A DNA stretch of 63,927 nt, the filler included, from Barthelona sp. PAP020 (lineage: Eukaryota): the NCBI GenBank assembly GCA_040182905.1. It is 3 parts of 3 records of this genome, joined end to end, with 100 filler letters (N's around TTAATTAATTAA, not from the genome) between each part and the next. Parts side by side here need not be neighbours in the genome. Positions count along the whole stretch, not along the records: positions 1 to 24,529 come from JARQWU010000153.1; 2 more parts are not named here. The stretch is one strand, 5' to 3'. The translations under genes and the position numbers were made by a program. Shown here piece after piece: positions 7,999-19,100 of the stretch (within the stretch, counting starts at the first letter, position 1; every line of letters starts with the position of its first letter). The notes beneath the pieces are model-generated. The model ran no database searches. It was not told the DNA's origin and was given only the letters and a program-made list of their open reading frames with translations.

Positions 7999-10779
7999 TC
8001 ATCTCAATCGAAGTTGCCCAGCTTCAATGAGTTTTTGAATTTTTCCTTGATAGACAGTCGGAATTCTAAATAAGAAGTCCTCATTTATTGAACCCGCCTT
8101 TTCCAGTCTTTGAAAGGCACCATCAGGTTTATTTACTCTAAAATACCATAAAGCAGCAACTAAATGGTCTTCAATATAACTTATAAATGGTACACACTGT
8201 TCATTTCCATGTTTTTCTTGAACCCATTGAACAACCCATTCAGATTTGATGTTCACACCTCTATCTAAGGTATTAATGACATCTGATAAGCTTCCACCAT
8301 CGATTAAACCTCTTAAACGACTGGATTGAAATAAGAGTTTTTGTAAATTTGTTATTTTTTTCACCTTTTCAGCTTCATTTTCTAAAAGCGTTCCGGAAGT
8401 CTTAAATAGAGTATAAACTATCTCACAAGGACTTGCAGTTGGCAAAATCTTTAATTTTTTGCAAATTTCATTCAATTCAAGGATTTTCTCACAATAAGAG
8501 ATATCTTTCGAAGTTAATGATGCTTTTTTCAAAATCTCTTCAGAATCTATGGTTAAATTATGTGAAATGTCATCGTTGACGTTTAAATTCCAAGCAAACT
8601 CCATTGTGATATCAACAGTCTTGGAAGTCAATCCTAACACTATTAATAAACGTTGTAGCCATTGTAAATCATGCAAAGCCAATGTTTCTTCGTCTTCATG
8701 TTGAGCATGAATAGGTATACTTGCTAAGATTGTTTTTTGAATGTAGCTTATCAATGGTGAGAGAGGTGCCTTCTTTAAAATTTGTAATACTTGTTCTTCA
8801 GTTAAAAGATCATGTTTTCTGAATAATGTATGTGCTACTTGAGCAAAAAGATCAGGATGATGTTCATTAGCTGATTCAGCCAGACATTTTCCAAATAAAT
8901 CCAAAAATTCGGGAGAATTATAGTCTAACAAAGATAATTGATGTAATCTCTGTTTAATCTTGAATTCCAAAGATTCCTCTTCATCCAGCAATTTAACACA
9001 AATATCGGTAAATTTTCTCTTTTCAGCAAATTCAGATAATTTGAGGAAAAACTCAGATTTACAAGCAAAAGATTCAGATCTGCTAAGACTGTTTTTGATG
9101 TCCTTAAGATTGGCAATAAACATTGGAATCTGCTCAGTAGTTATGGTCTCACTAGCAAATAATATTTTTTGCTTGCACAACTCTAACAGAATATTGTTTA
9201 AAAGCTCATTCTTTTTCGGGATTTCAAACAATCTCAAAATATGGATCGCATCTCTGAATAATCCACGATTGGTTAACATGTTACAAATATGAGGTATGCG
9301 AACCAATTCTAATTGATCAATAGTAATAGGCAAATGACATTGAAAGCGCAAATGATTTAGAATTCTCAATAATCGTAATGTATCTGTTCTTTCAGGTGTA
9401 AGTGTATCCTTGCAACTTAAAGCTAAATTGGTACCCAGAGTTAACAAAGACTTCTGTCTTTCCACATTCCATTCCTCAACCGCTGCTTCAATAAGTAAAT
9501 CAGCGATTTCATCAATTTTTTCGGCATTTTGGGCTTTCAATTTTGATAATAGCAAACTATCGTTGCCAGCAGAATAGAACATTGAAGCCTCATGCTCACT
9601 CTTTGATCCAAAGACCAATTTTGTTGTGATATCGACAAAACTGAAGAACTGTATACTGTCTAACCCAATAAATCTAACACCATCTGGTTCAGGGATGATA
9701 GATCCCCATGCTTCATTGCTAACCATCCTAGCAAAATATGTGTATGATGTAAAATACGCCTCTTTGGAAAGAATAGGAATAAAAACAATGTGCTCTGTGA
9801 ACCATAAACAGAGAGAAACAGGAGCATTCGGAGGGATACCAAAGAATTCAAATGCGATAAATTCAGAATCAAAATTACCATCTAACAAGCTGTTCATATG
9901 AAAGTATTTTACCAAATTGCAAAGTCCATCGTATATCATCAACTTAGACTTCAAAGATTCACTATTACGTGTTACAACAGCAATAAAATCATTACCGGAA
10001 ATAGTAATATTAGGCTTTTTGCTCCTTTTTATATGAGTGATAAATTCTTGATCTCCACTTAACTCTTCAACAACATGAGTTCGAATGGAACTTTCAGTCA
10101 CCAATAACAATAGAAGCTTATACCGAAATTCGTCAGCATTTATCTTAATAAACTCTTCAGTCAAAATGATACCACCAACGGACTTGCTGATACGGTCAAA
10201 AAATGGCAGTAACTTAATGATTTCCATTGAAAGGGGTAAACTATTTACCATAGAACCTGATATCTCTTCAGAACTTTGGTTATCAATGAAAGTATCCAAC
10301 TTATCAATGAAACATAACTCATAATTCAAATTGATTAATAATAAACCATGCAAAAAGGGATGCGCATATAAAATATGATTATTTGTTAGATTTTTTGGTA
10401 AATTATAAACTTCAGTTGGTCTATTTAATGAAACTAATTCAACTTTATTATGTTCATAGACTATCAAAATAATTTCATTCAATAATAAGCCAAAATTAAC
10501 AATTCTACCAAATTGTGAGTTTGTTTTATGTTTTTTAATCATTGTAGTATCCGCATTTAAAATGTAAAGAAAACCTCCACTGGAATAAGTATGATCACCA
10601 GTATCTGCAATCTTAGGTAATACTAAAAGCGGTCCTGCAAATGATGAAGAAGAAAACGCACAAGTACGCTTGGTTAAATCAATTAATTGAGGATCATCAA
10701 AAGTTGATCTAGTTATTGTTAATTTTCGATATGTTGAACTTCCAACATCAATATATGTATCAATATTCGGAAAATTCAT
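7999..10779 (-). CDS. VPS16: Vacuolar protein sorting 16 (HOPS/CORVET)
   Basis: IIPEPDGVRFI and LRLLRILNHLR..HLPITIDQL..MLTNRGLFRDAIHI match Vps16 signatures; beta-propeller plus alpha-solenoid layout, 926 aa. Confidence 0.8.
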   Translation of the reverse strand: MNFPNIDTYIDVGSSTYRKLTITRSTFDDPQLIDLTKRTCAFSSSSFAGPLLVLPKIADTGDHTYSSGGFLYILNADTTMIKKHKTNSQFGRIVNFGLLLNEIILIVYEHNKVELVSLNRPTEVYNLPKNLTNNHILYAHPFLHGLLLINLNYELCFIDKLDTFIDNQSSEEISGSMVNSLPLSMEIIKLLPFFDRISKSVGGIILTEEFIKINADEFRYKLLLLLVTESSIRTHVVEELSGDQEFITHIKRSKKPNITISGNDFIAVVTRNSESLKSKLMIYDGLCNLVKYFHMNSLLDGNFDSEFIAFEFFGIPPNAPVSLCLWFTEHIVFIPILSKEAYFTSYTYFARMVSNEAWGSIIPEPDGVRFIGLDSIQFFSFVDITTKLVFGSKSEHEASMFYSAGNDSLLLSKLKAQNAEKIDEIADLLIEAAVEEWNVERQKSLLTLGTNLALSCKDTLTPERTDTLRLLRILNHLRFQCHLPITIDQLELVRIPHICNMLTNRGLFRDAIHILRLFEIPKKNELLNNILLELCKQKILFASETITTEQIPMFIANLKDIKNSLSRSESFACKSEFFLKLSEFAEKRKFTDICVKLLDEEESLEFKIKQRLHQLSLLDYNSPEFLDLFGKCLAESANEHHPDLFAQVAHTLFRKHDLLTEEQVLQILKKAPLSPLISYIQKTILASIPIHAQHEDEETLALHDLQWLQRLLIVLGLTSKTVDITMEFAWNLNVNDDISHNLTIDSEEILKKASLTSKDISYCEKILELNEICKKLKILPTASPCEIVYTLFKTSGTLLENEAEKVKKITNLQKLLFQSSRLRGLIDGGSLSDVINTLDRGVNIKSEWVVQWVQEKHGNEQCVPFISYIEDHLVAALWYFRVNKPDGAFQRLEKAGSINEDFLFRIPTVYQGKIQKLIEAGQLRLR

Positions 10780-10992
10780 TTTCTATTACAAATAAAAATG
10801 TTTTTAAAGATTTTATTGTTGTTTTATTTGGACTTTTATCATGTTTATATGTTGTTTATTATGTATATATCTCCCTTTTACATATAACTTTTTTATTAAA
10901 TTCTTTTCATATCCTGGTCAATTTTTTTTTCTCTCTTTCATCATTATTTTCTTAATTTAAATGAATAATCTTGATATTGTATTATATTTTTA

Positions 10993-11360
10993 ATGTTTGT
11001 TGCTGACATATTTTTGGATACAGATTCTAATGACCCCACTTCTGCAACATTTACTTTCTTTGATGAAGACCATACTTTGGGTAATACTTTACGATATATT
11101 TTAATGGCAAAGTAACTCTGATTTATTGCGTGTTTATTCTGATTTTTAGTTCAAAAGTCGAATTTTGCGGTTGTTCCATTCCACATCCTCTTGAAAATAA
11201 AATGAAATTGCGTTTACAAACATATGAAGATGATGCAATTGAAGTGTTAATAGAAGCTGCTGATACAATTATGTGCATTTGTGATAGAGTTGAAGACAAA
11301 TTTGTGGCTGAATTGGAGATACATTTGTTGAATCAGGTCCTATTTGTGAACAATTTGTGA
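10993..11360 (+). CDS. POLR1D: RNA polymerase I/III subunit RPAC2 (AC19); exons 10993-11111 and 11150-11360
   Basis: Spliced product reads ...SATFTFFDEDHTLGNTLRYILMAN|SKVEFCGCSIPHPLENKMKLRLQT; 38-nt GT-AG intron at 11112-11149. Confidence 0.9.
11112..11149 (+). other. Spliceosomal intron (38 nt) in RPAC2
   Basis: GTAACT...TCTGATTTTTAG; removal joins the conserved DHTLGN and PHP motifs in frame. Confidence 0.9.
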
Positions 11361-11563
11361 TATTTTTAATAAATATAGTCTGTTTCCCTTCTTTTTTTGT
11401 CATTTGAGAGAAATTTTTAGTCAAAAAATCTTAGCTTTTAAGACGCAGCTACAGTTTATATATGATAAACATTCTTTTTAAATCTGGGCATTTCATTTAG
11501 AACAAAATAATACAATGAAAGATCAATTTATTCAAATATAACACTGAAATATTTGATTCAAAT

Positions 11564-11932
11564 TCAAATGTCTTCAGAAAGATTTATATTACTATTTTGA
11601 TGGTTCAAATATTTGGGTGTTCCCATATGTAGGATATTCCCAACCGTGAAGCAAGTATCTGTAATTTGTTCAATTGATGAAATTTCATTGGATGATTTAA
11701 CATGGAAATGATTGATAACAACAGGTCGTTCGCTTCTTTCTCTTGCTTTCCGACAAATAACAATACATACAACTAAAAAAATTACAAAAGCTAAAAATAT
11801 TCCTAAAATTATTAATGTGTTTAAAGGTATTATAATCACTTGGTTGTTTGGGGACGGATCTGCATTAGAAATTTTGGTTGAATTATCAAAACAAAGAACG
11901 CATTGAATAAATATTAATATATACAAGAGCAT
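11564..11932 (-). CDS. Small type I membrane protein, unknown function
   Basis: Signal peptide MLLYILIFIQCVLC, one TM helix followed by RKARER. Confidence 0.55.
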   Translation of the reverse strand: MLLYILIFIQCVLCFDNSTKISNADPSPNNQVIIIPLNTLIILGIFLAFVIFLVVCIVICRKARERSERPVVINHFHVKSSNEISSIEQITDTCFTVGNILHMGTPKYLNHQNSNINLSEDI

Positions 11933-12430
11933 AATCACATATTCACATGGAATATTATATTGAGTTTAAATGTGAAGTTTTTTTTTTAAAAAATTAACAT
12001 TAGATTGAAAGCTATTTTTAATCATTTTGTTGTTTACAATATTTCAAGTTTATAATATCATTACAGATATTTTAACATGATTTGGGGTGATCAATCATTT
12101 GTTTCCAAATACATATTTGAAAGGGGGAATGTTACCTTTTTTTTTTTTTTCATTTCTTTCAATTTTCAAAGAAAATAAATTAAAATAAAAAACAATACGT
12201 TAAACTGGGTTAAATTTATTTGAAACATAAACAGAAAAAACTAATAAAAATTAACACTTCATAGTTTTTTCATTTTGGTACAGCAATATTATCAACAAAA
12301 AACTATCATCATGATTTAAATGTTTAAAACATTGCAAATGTTTCATAAAATTGATAATTTTTCAAAATTAAAGGGAGAGCACGTGGTGAAAAGTTCAATT
12401 TTGATTTTCTTGTTCGGAATTCAGGATAGT

Positions 12431-13681
12431 TTATGATCTCTCTGAAATTTCACTTTCCTCTGTGTTTTCGTTGTCAACATCATTAGAAAGGTCTTTAGCA
12501 ACCTCATTATCTTCCACAGTAACAACAACATCATTATCAACTGGCTCAACGATTTCCTCTGTGTTTGAGCTGTTATCAACATCATTAGAAAGGTCTTTAG
12601 CAACCTCATTATCTTCCACAGTAACAACAACATCATTATCAACTGGCTCAACGATTTCCTCTGTATTTTCGTTGTCAACATCATTAGAAAGGTCTTCAGC
12701 AACTTTGGAAAGCACAATTACATTTTTTTCATCACTTGAACTTTTATTGAGTTCTGACCCCACAAGAGACTTATCTTCACTTGTATCAGAATCTGATATT
12801 GTTATTGACAACAAATCAACTTCTAAATCGGAATCTAATAACTCTGTTTTGTCATTTGACACAGCTTCTTTTTTGTTATCTTCAGTTGAAAGCTCACCAG
12901 AGTTTTTATCAACAACAAAATTCTCTAAACTGTTATTTTCATGCAAATTGATTTTGGATTTAGTTAATCTGGAACCAATAAATTCTCCCGTACTTGTAGC
13001 AATCGAATCACTAATCATCAAACTTGGGTTTGAAGTATCCTTTGTTCCAATGATATTAGAAGTCAAGCTAAAGCGTTTGGCATCAAATTTACCATCTGTG
13101 CTTTCAATATCTTCAGCAACATCAGCAGGATCTAACGATTTTGCCAATTTTTCCATCTCTTCAGCCTTCAAATACTCAGATTTAAACGTTAACAATTCCA
13201 AACTCAATGCAATTTTCTTTGAAAGTAACGAAATTGAAACACCCAAAAAAATGTCAATCCAATATAATAAATTGTATGGAAAACCATATCGTATTATTAT
13301 GACTATGGTGTGAAAAACACCAAAAGTAAAAAAAAAGTCGACATGCATAAAAAATCGTGGAATTAAAAATTGATGAGTAAATATTACAAATACAAAAGAT
13401 AGTAAGAATCCAAATGTATTTATATATCCTCTACCATCCAAATAAAAATAATTATAATTAAATAGCTGACACCATGTAAATTTTTCAGAAAAAAAATAAT
13501 CTAAAGTTTGAATAGCTATGAAATAATCTATATACCATACAATTAATGATACAATAAATCTGAATAATAATTTCATCAAAGACAATTGATGATATTGACT
13601 TTTTTTAGTATACATTTCATCAACTATGGTATATAAACTAAATATGATTATTATGGCAACAAATAATATTATTCCCCACAT
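12431..13681 (-). CDS. Multi-pass membrane protein with acidic repetitive C-terminal tail
   Basis: About 5 hydrophobic segments in the first ~170 aa, then a D/E/N/V-rich tail; first in-frame ATG at 13681. Confidence 0.6.
   Translation of the reverse strand: MWGIILFVAIIIIFSLYTIVDEMYTKKSQYHQLSLMKLLFRFIVSLIVWYIDYFIAIQTLDYFFSEKFTWCQLFNYNYFYLDGRGYINTFGFLLSFVFVIFTHQFLIPRFFMHVDFFFTFGVFHTIVIIIRYGFPYNLLYWIDIFLGVSISLLSKKIALSLELLTFKSEYLKAEEMEKLAKSLDPADVAEDIESTDGKFDAKRFSLTSNIIGTKDTSNPSLMISDSIATSTGEFIGSRLTKSKINLHENNSLENFVVDKNSGELSTEDNKKEAVSNDKTELLDSDLEVDLLSITISDSDTSEDKSLVGSELNKSSSDEKNVIVLSKVAEDLSNDVDNENTEEIVEPVDNDVVVTVEDNEVAKDLSNDVDNSSNTEEIVEPVDNDVVVTVEDNEVAKDLSNDVDNENTEESEISERS
12455..12705. repeat. Intragenic tandem repeat, ~99/102-bp unit, ~2.4 copies
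   Basis: Near-identical units encoding DLSNDVDN(E/SS)NTEEIVEPVDNDVVVTVEDNEVAK. Confidence 0.9.
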
Positions 13682-14060
13682 TAAAATAAACACACAATTG
13701 ATAGGATATTGGAAAAATTAATGGTTTGATAAGGGTTGAGATTTTTCTCTTCCTGATTTTTACGTTTTTAATTTTATAACTATTAATATTTAGGGTATAT
13801 TTTGAAATAAAACATTATTCTCAACAATTTTTCCTAAATTTAAAGTTGGTTTTTTTTCAATTTTTTCTGTTGTTTTACAAGCAAACTAGCTTTTGAAACA
13901 GTTAAAGGTATCCTTTTTTTTTTTTTTTTTTTAAAAGATCAAAGAAAAGATGAACAATGGTAAAGAATAAATTTGCAATCAAAAATCCTCAAGAAAAAGG
14001 TGGAACAAAAAAAAAAGGAATTTTTAATTTATCAACAAATGTAAAAAAATGAAATTCAAA

Positions 14061-16100
14061 TCAGTTTTCTTTCATGACTTGAACGGCACAGAATTTCAAT
14101 TCTGGAATTTTGGCAATTGGATCACAAACATCGTTGGTAAGTTTGTTTGCAGCGGCTTCTGCATAATGGAATGGAATAAAGATATCACCTTGTCTGACTC
14201 TTTTGAAAGCGCATTTGGCAACTATTTCTCCTCTTTTGGAAACTATCTTTACCATATCTCCTTCATTGATTCCTCTGACCTTTGCATCTTTTTCATTCAT
14301 CTCAACAATACATTCTGGAGCCAATTTGTTGAGCTTGGTACAACGACGAGTCATACTACCACTGTGATAATGTTGCAATTGTCTTCCAGTCATCAACACT
14401 AAAGGATAATCACTGTTAGGTAATTCTGCAGGTAAAGTATACTCACAAGGAGCAAATATTGCCAAACCATCAGGTTTGTTAAACCAATTTCTGTGTAAAA
14501 TAGGTGTTCCGGGATGATACTTGTCAGTACAGGGTGTATGAATACCATCAAGATTATCAATTCTGTCTAATGAAATGCCTCCATAAGAAGGTGTCATTTT
14601 AGCCATTTCATCAGTGATTTCAGATACATCCTTGTAATTCATAAGATATCCCATGGCGGTAGAAATTTTGCAAATTATTTCATAATCCGGAAGGGCTAAT
14701 CCAGGCGCATTTCTAACTTTTCTAATTCTTTGAACTCTTCTCTCTGTGTTTGTAACAGAACCATCCTCTTCAGCCAAAGCAGCAGCGGGCAAAACAACAT
14801 CTGCCAATTGAGCGGTTTCAGTAAGGAAAATATCAGAAACAACCAAGAAATCTAAATGTCCAAGAGCTTCAACAACATGATTAGCATTTGGATCTGTTAC
14901 AACAGGATTTTCTCCCATGATAAACATTCCTTTAAAATTACTTTCATGTGCAGCATTCATCATTTCACCAATTGAATAACCAATAGTGTTTGAAAGCTCA
15001 ACACCCCATTCTTTTTCAAAACGTTCTTGTGTTTCCTTATCTTCAACAGAGAAATAACTGGGGTAAACGTTAGGTAATGCACCTAAATCACAGGCTCCTT
15101 GTACATTGTTTTGACCACGAAGAGGATTAACACCCGCACCAGGTCTACCAATTTGTCCACATAGAAGTGCAAGATTGGCAATAGATCTAACATTAGCAAC
15201 ACCATGAGTATGTTGAGTTACACCCATAGTGTATACAATAGTTGCATTTTTAGCTTGAGCATACCAAAGTGCAACTTCACGAATAGCTTCAACAGACACA
15301 TCACAGATTTCAGCAGACTTTGCAACAGAAGTGTTGTTGATAATAGGCAATATTAAATCAAAATCTTTGGTCTTTGTTTCAATGAATTTCTTGTTATGAA
15401 GATTTTCTTCAATAATGATTTTCATAATGGCATTCAATAAGGGAATATCAGTACCAGGACGAATTTGAAGATGTCTATCTGCTTTCTTTGTTAAATCAAC
15501 AGCACGAGGATCAATAACAACTAATTTTGCTCCATTCTTAACAGCTCTGTTAATGGACAAAGCTGCCACAGGATGAGCTTCAGTGGTATTAGAACCAATG
15601 ACAAGAATCATATCAGATTCTTCCATATCAGCAAAAGTATTTGTCATTTGACCTGCGCCAAATGAAGCTCGAAGACCAGCAACAGTTGATGCATGACAAA
15701 GTCTGGCACAATGATCAACGTTATTGGTACCAAAGACAGCACGAATGAATTTTTGGAAAATATAATTGTCTTCATTGGAAGTACGAGCAGAGGATAAACC
15801 ACCCAAAGCATTGGAACCATATTGTTCTTTGATTTCTTTGAACTTCTTGGAAACTAATTCAATAGCTTCTTCCCAAGTTGCTTGTCTGAATGAACCGTCA
15901 GATCTACGAACAAGAGGACTTGTTAAACGATCATGATCTTCAAGGAAATCCATACCACTCATTCCTTTGATGCAAAGACTTCCTTTGTTAACAGCTGCGC
16001 ATTTAGCACCTTTTACTTTAACAATATGATCATGTTTCATTTGGAATTCAATGTTACAACCTACGCCACAATAGGGGCAAACAGAAGTAACAACACGGTC
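14061..16100 (-). other. Domain: formate dehydrogenase alpha/FdhF-like catalytic subunit (approximate N-terminal bound)
   Basis: CPYCGVGC...LCIKG [4Fe-4S] motif, SARTSNE, NNVDHCARLCH (metal-ligand Cys codon TGT at 15696-15698), GSNTTEAHP, MGVTQH, LRGQNNVQG, TNTERRVQ, TGRQLQHYHSG, NKLT...PELK. Confidence 0.93.
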
Positions 16101-19100
16101 TACATCTTCAATATCAACAGAAGTTTTCGGGATCTTCTTTGAAATTTCAGCCTTTTCAACCTTTTTGGTCTTTTTCTCAGTGGATTTAGCCTTTGGTTCT
16201 GTGTTTGAAGCAGAAACTTTGCCAACAAAACCATTAAATGTTCCTTCAATACCATCATCAGCTGCTTCATTGCATTTTACTAATGGTGCAAACATAACAA
16301 CATTCTTAGAAACCAATTTGTCATGAATAGAGATGGCTGCCTGACAGAAAAGATCATAATCAGATGAACCAAGTCCACAAATTGCACATTGAGCCTTAAC
16401 ATTAACACTATCCAATGCGTTGAAGAAACTTTCAGCATCAGCGGGGAATTCACCATCACCAACGGTTGATGTAACCATGATGACTTTATCATTAGTTTCT
16501 AATTCTTTAGCAGTTTCAGCATTCATTGGTTTAATTGGGACATTGAGTTTCTTTGCGATTGTATTGGCTAAACCTTCAGCATTGCCACTATCAGAACCAA
16601 ATAATACAATCATATTTGTTTCAGCAATTTTTTCAGTATTTTCAACTTTCTTTTCCTCAACTTTTTCAACTTTCTTTTTCTCAACTTTTTCAACTTTTAC
16701 CTCTTCAACTTTCTTTTCAACAGGTGCACCTAAATGTGCATCATGGAATTCTTTCATTTGACTAATTCTCCAATTCTTCAATTCAAGATCTTTTTCAAGC
16801 ATAGATTGAAGTGCTTCTGCACGTTCGGGATGAGATTTCATCAAAGTACGGAAACGATTTTCATTGAGAAGGAAATCACGTACAGATCCTTTAGGTGGTT
16901 TAGAATCAATGGATAATGGATTCTTTCCCTTAGCAATATTTGCAGGATTGTAACGATACAATGGCCAATATCCACATTCAACAGCTAATTGAGCTTGTGA
17001 ATAAGTTTGACCATTCACATTGTTAATACCGTGATTGATACAAGGTGAATATGCAAGAATAATGGAAGGACCATCATATTCTTCTGCTTCTTTAATAGCT
17101 TTCAATGCTTGAGCAGGATTAGCATTTACAGCAATAGAAGCAACATAAACACTACCAATACCCATAGCTAATAAACCAAGATCTTTTTTGGCTTGTCCTT
17201 TACCAGCAGCTGCAAATCTTGCAACAGCAGAACGAGGAGAAGATTTGGAAACTTGTCCACCTGTATTGGAATAAACTTCAGTATCTAAAACAAAAATATT
17301 ACAATTGATACCCATATTAAGGACATGATCGAGACCACCATAACCAATATCATAGGCCCAACCATCACCTCCCATTGTCCAAGCAACAGGGCGAATGAAA
17401 AGATGCTTAAGAGTATAAATTGATTTTTCAAGATCTGATCCTTCACCAACAAAGAAATTGTTGAGTTTATCACATAATTCCCTCGAAGGATCGCTTGTGT
17501 TGAGCCATTCTTCAAGTAAAGGTTTGACATTAGAATCAGCTTCGGGAAGATACAACTTGACAAAATATTGCAATCTTTCGCGCATTTTTTCCAAACCTAC
17601 CTTAACACCAAGACCAAATTCAGCAGTATCTTCAAATAATGTTCCCAAGAAAGCAGGTCCTCTTCCATTAGAATCCTTAGCCCAAGCAGAGGCTGGATAA
17701 GTACCACCCCAGACAAGAGAACAACCACAAGAATCAGATAAATACAATCTATCTCCCCATAATTGAGTAACCATTTTAATATGGGCAGTTTCACCACAAC
17801 CAGCGCAAGCGGCAGAATATTGAAGATATGGTTTTTGCATCATAGCATTCTTGACACCCTTATCATTGAATAACTTTCCAGCCTTTTCATCAAGAGCATT
17901 CTCTTCAATAATCTTCCATGTTTCAATTTGATCAATGGACTTACCACCCATTGTCAAAGCATCCTTTGGACATGCTGAAGCACAAACATGACAACCAAGA
18001 CAATCAAGAGGAGAAATTTGAATTGAGAATTCATGGCCTTTATTCTTTCCTTTCATTTCAATTCCATGAATATTGAATTCATTTTCAGATTCAACAACAA
18101 TTGGTCTGATCGAAGCATGAGGACATACTGCAACACATTCATTACATTGAATACATTTGTTAGAATCCCATGAAGGAACTTTTAAAGCAACACCACGCTT
18201 TTCATATTGAGAAGTACCAATTGGAACTAAACCACCAATGGCGGGAACAAATTTCGAAACTGGAATAGTGTGTCCTTTTTGATGCATATGAGGTAAAACA
18301 ACATTTTTAAACCACTCAGGTGCATCAGGATAAAGTTCAGGACGAACAAGAGGTAAAGTTTCAAGATCAGACCAAGAAAGGGGATAATCAATGGCTGTGA
18401 GGTGAGAAAGAGCTTGATCAACAGCAGCAATATTCTTGTTAACAACAGCATCACCCTTTTTTCCATAAGTACGTTTGATACCATCCTTCAATAAATTAAT
18501 GGCATGATCAATTTCAATAACTTCAGAAAGCTTGAAAAAAACTGTTTGCATAACCATATTGATTCTACCAGTTAAACCAACATTTTCAGCAATATTAGTG
18601 GCATGAATTGTGTACAATTTGATCTTCTTGTCAGCAATATCCTTTCTTAAACGTGCTGGGATATTCTTATCACAAGCTTCAATTGTTTGCCAATCACAAT
18701 TTATAACAAAGGCCGCACCTTCCTTGGCATTTGCAAGCAAATCATACATTTGAACATATGCTGCATTGTGACATGCAACATAATCAGCATTATTCACATG
18801 ATATGCTGACTTGATTTCAGTAGGTCCAAATCTCAAATGTGAAGTGGTAAATCCACCCGATTTCTTCGCATCATATTGGAAATATCCTTGACAATAGTAA
18901 TCAGTATTATCACCAATAATTTTAACAGCTTCCTTATTTGCTCCAACTGTACCATCAGCACCCAAAGCATAGAATAAACATTGTTTAGTGGTTTCTTCCA
19001 TTGTGTTAATTTCTTTATCAACGACAAGATTGCTAAATGTAAGATCATCATTCAAACCAACTGTGAAGAAATCACGTTTTTCGGTTTCAAAACCATTCTT

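Noticed and set aside
10961..11023. Extra upstream exon and intron for RPAC2 (ATG 10961, GT at 10979)
   Set aside because: The available AG (11022-11023) gives the wrong frame, while ATG 10993 is already in frame.
12462..13313. 283-aa Ser/Thr-rich plus-strand ORF
   Set aside because: Antisense shadow of the acidic repeat protein on the minus strand.
15696..15698. Possible selenocysteine in the FDH active site
   Set aside because: The codon is TGT (Cys), not TGA; no recoding needed.
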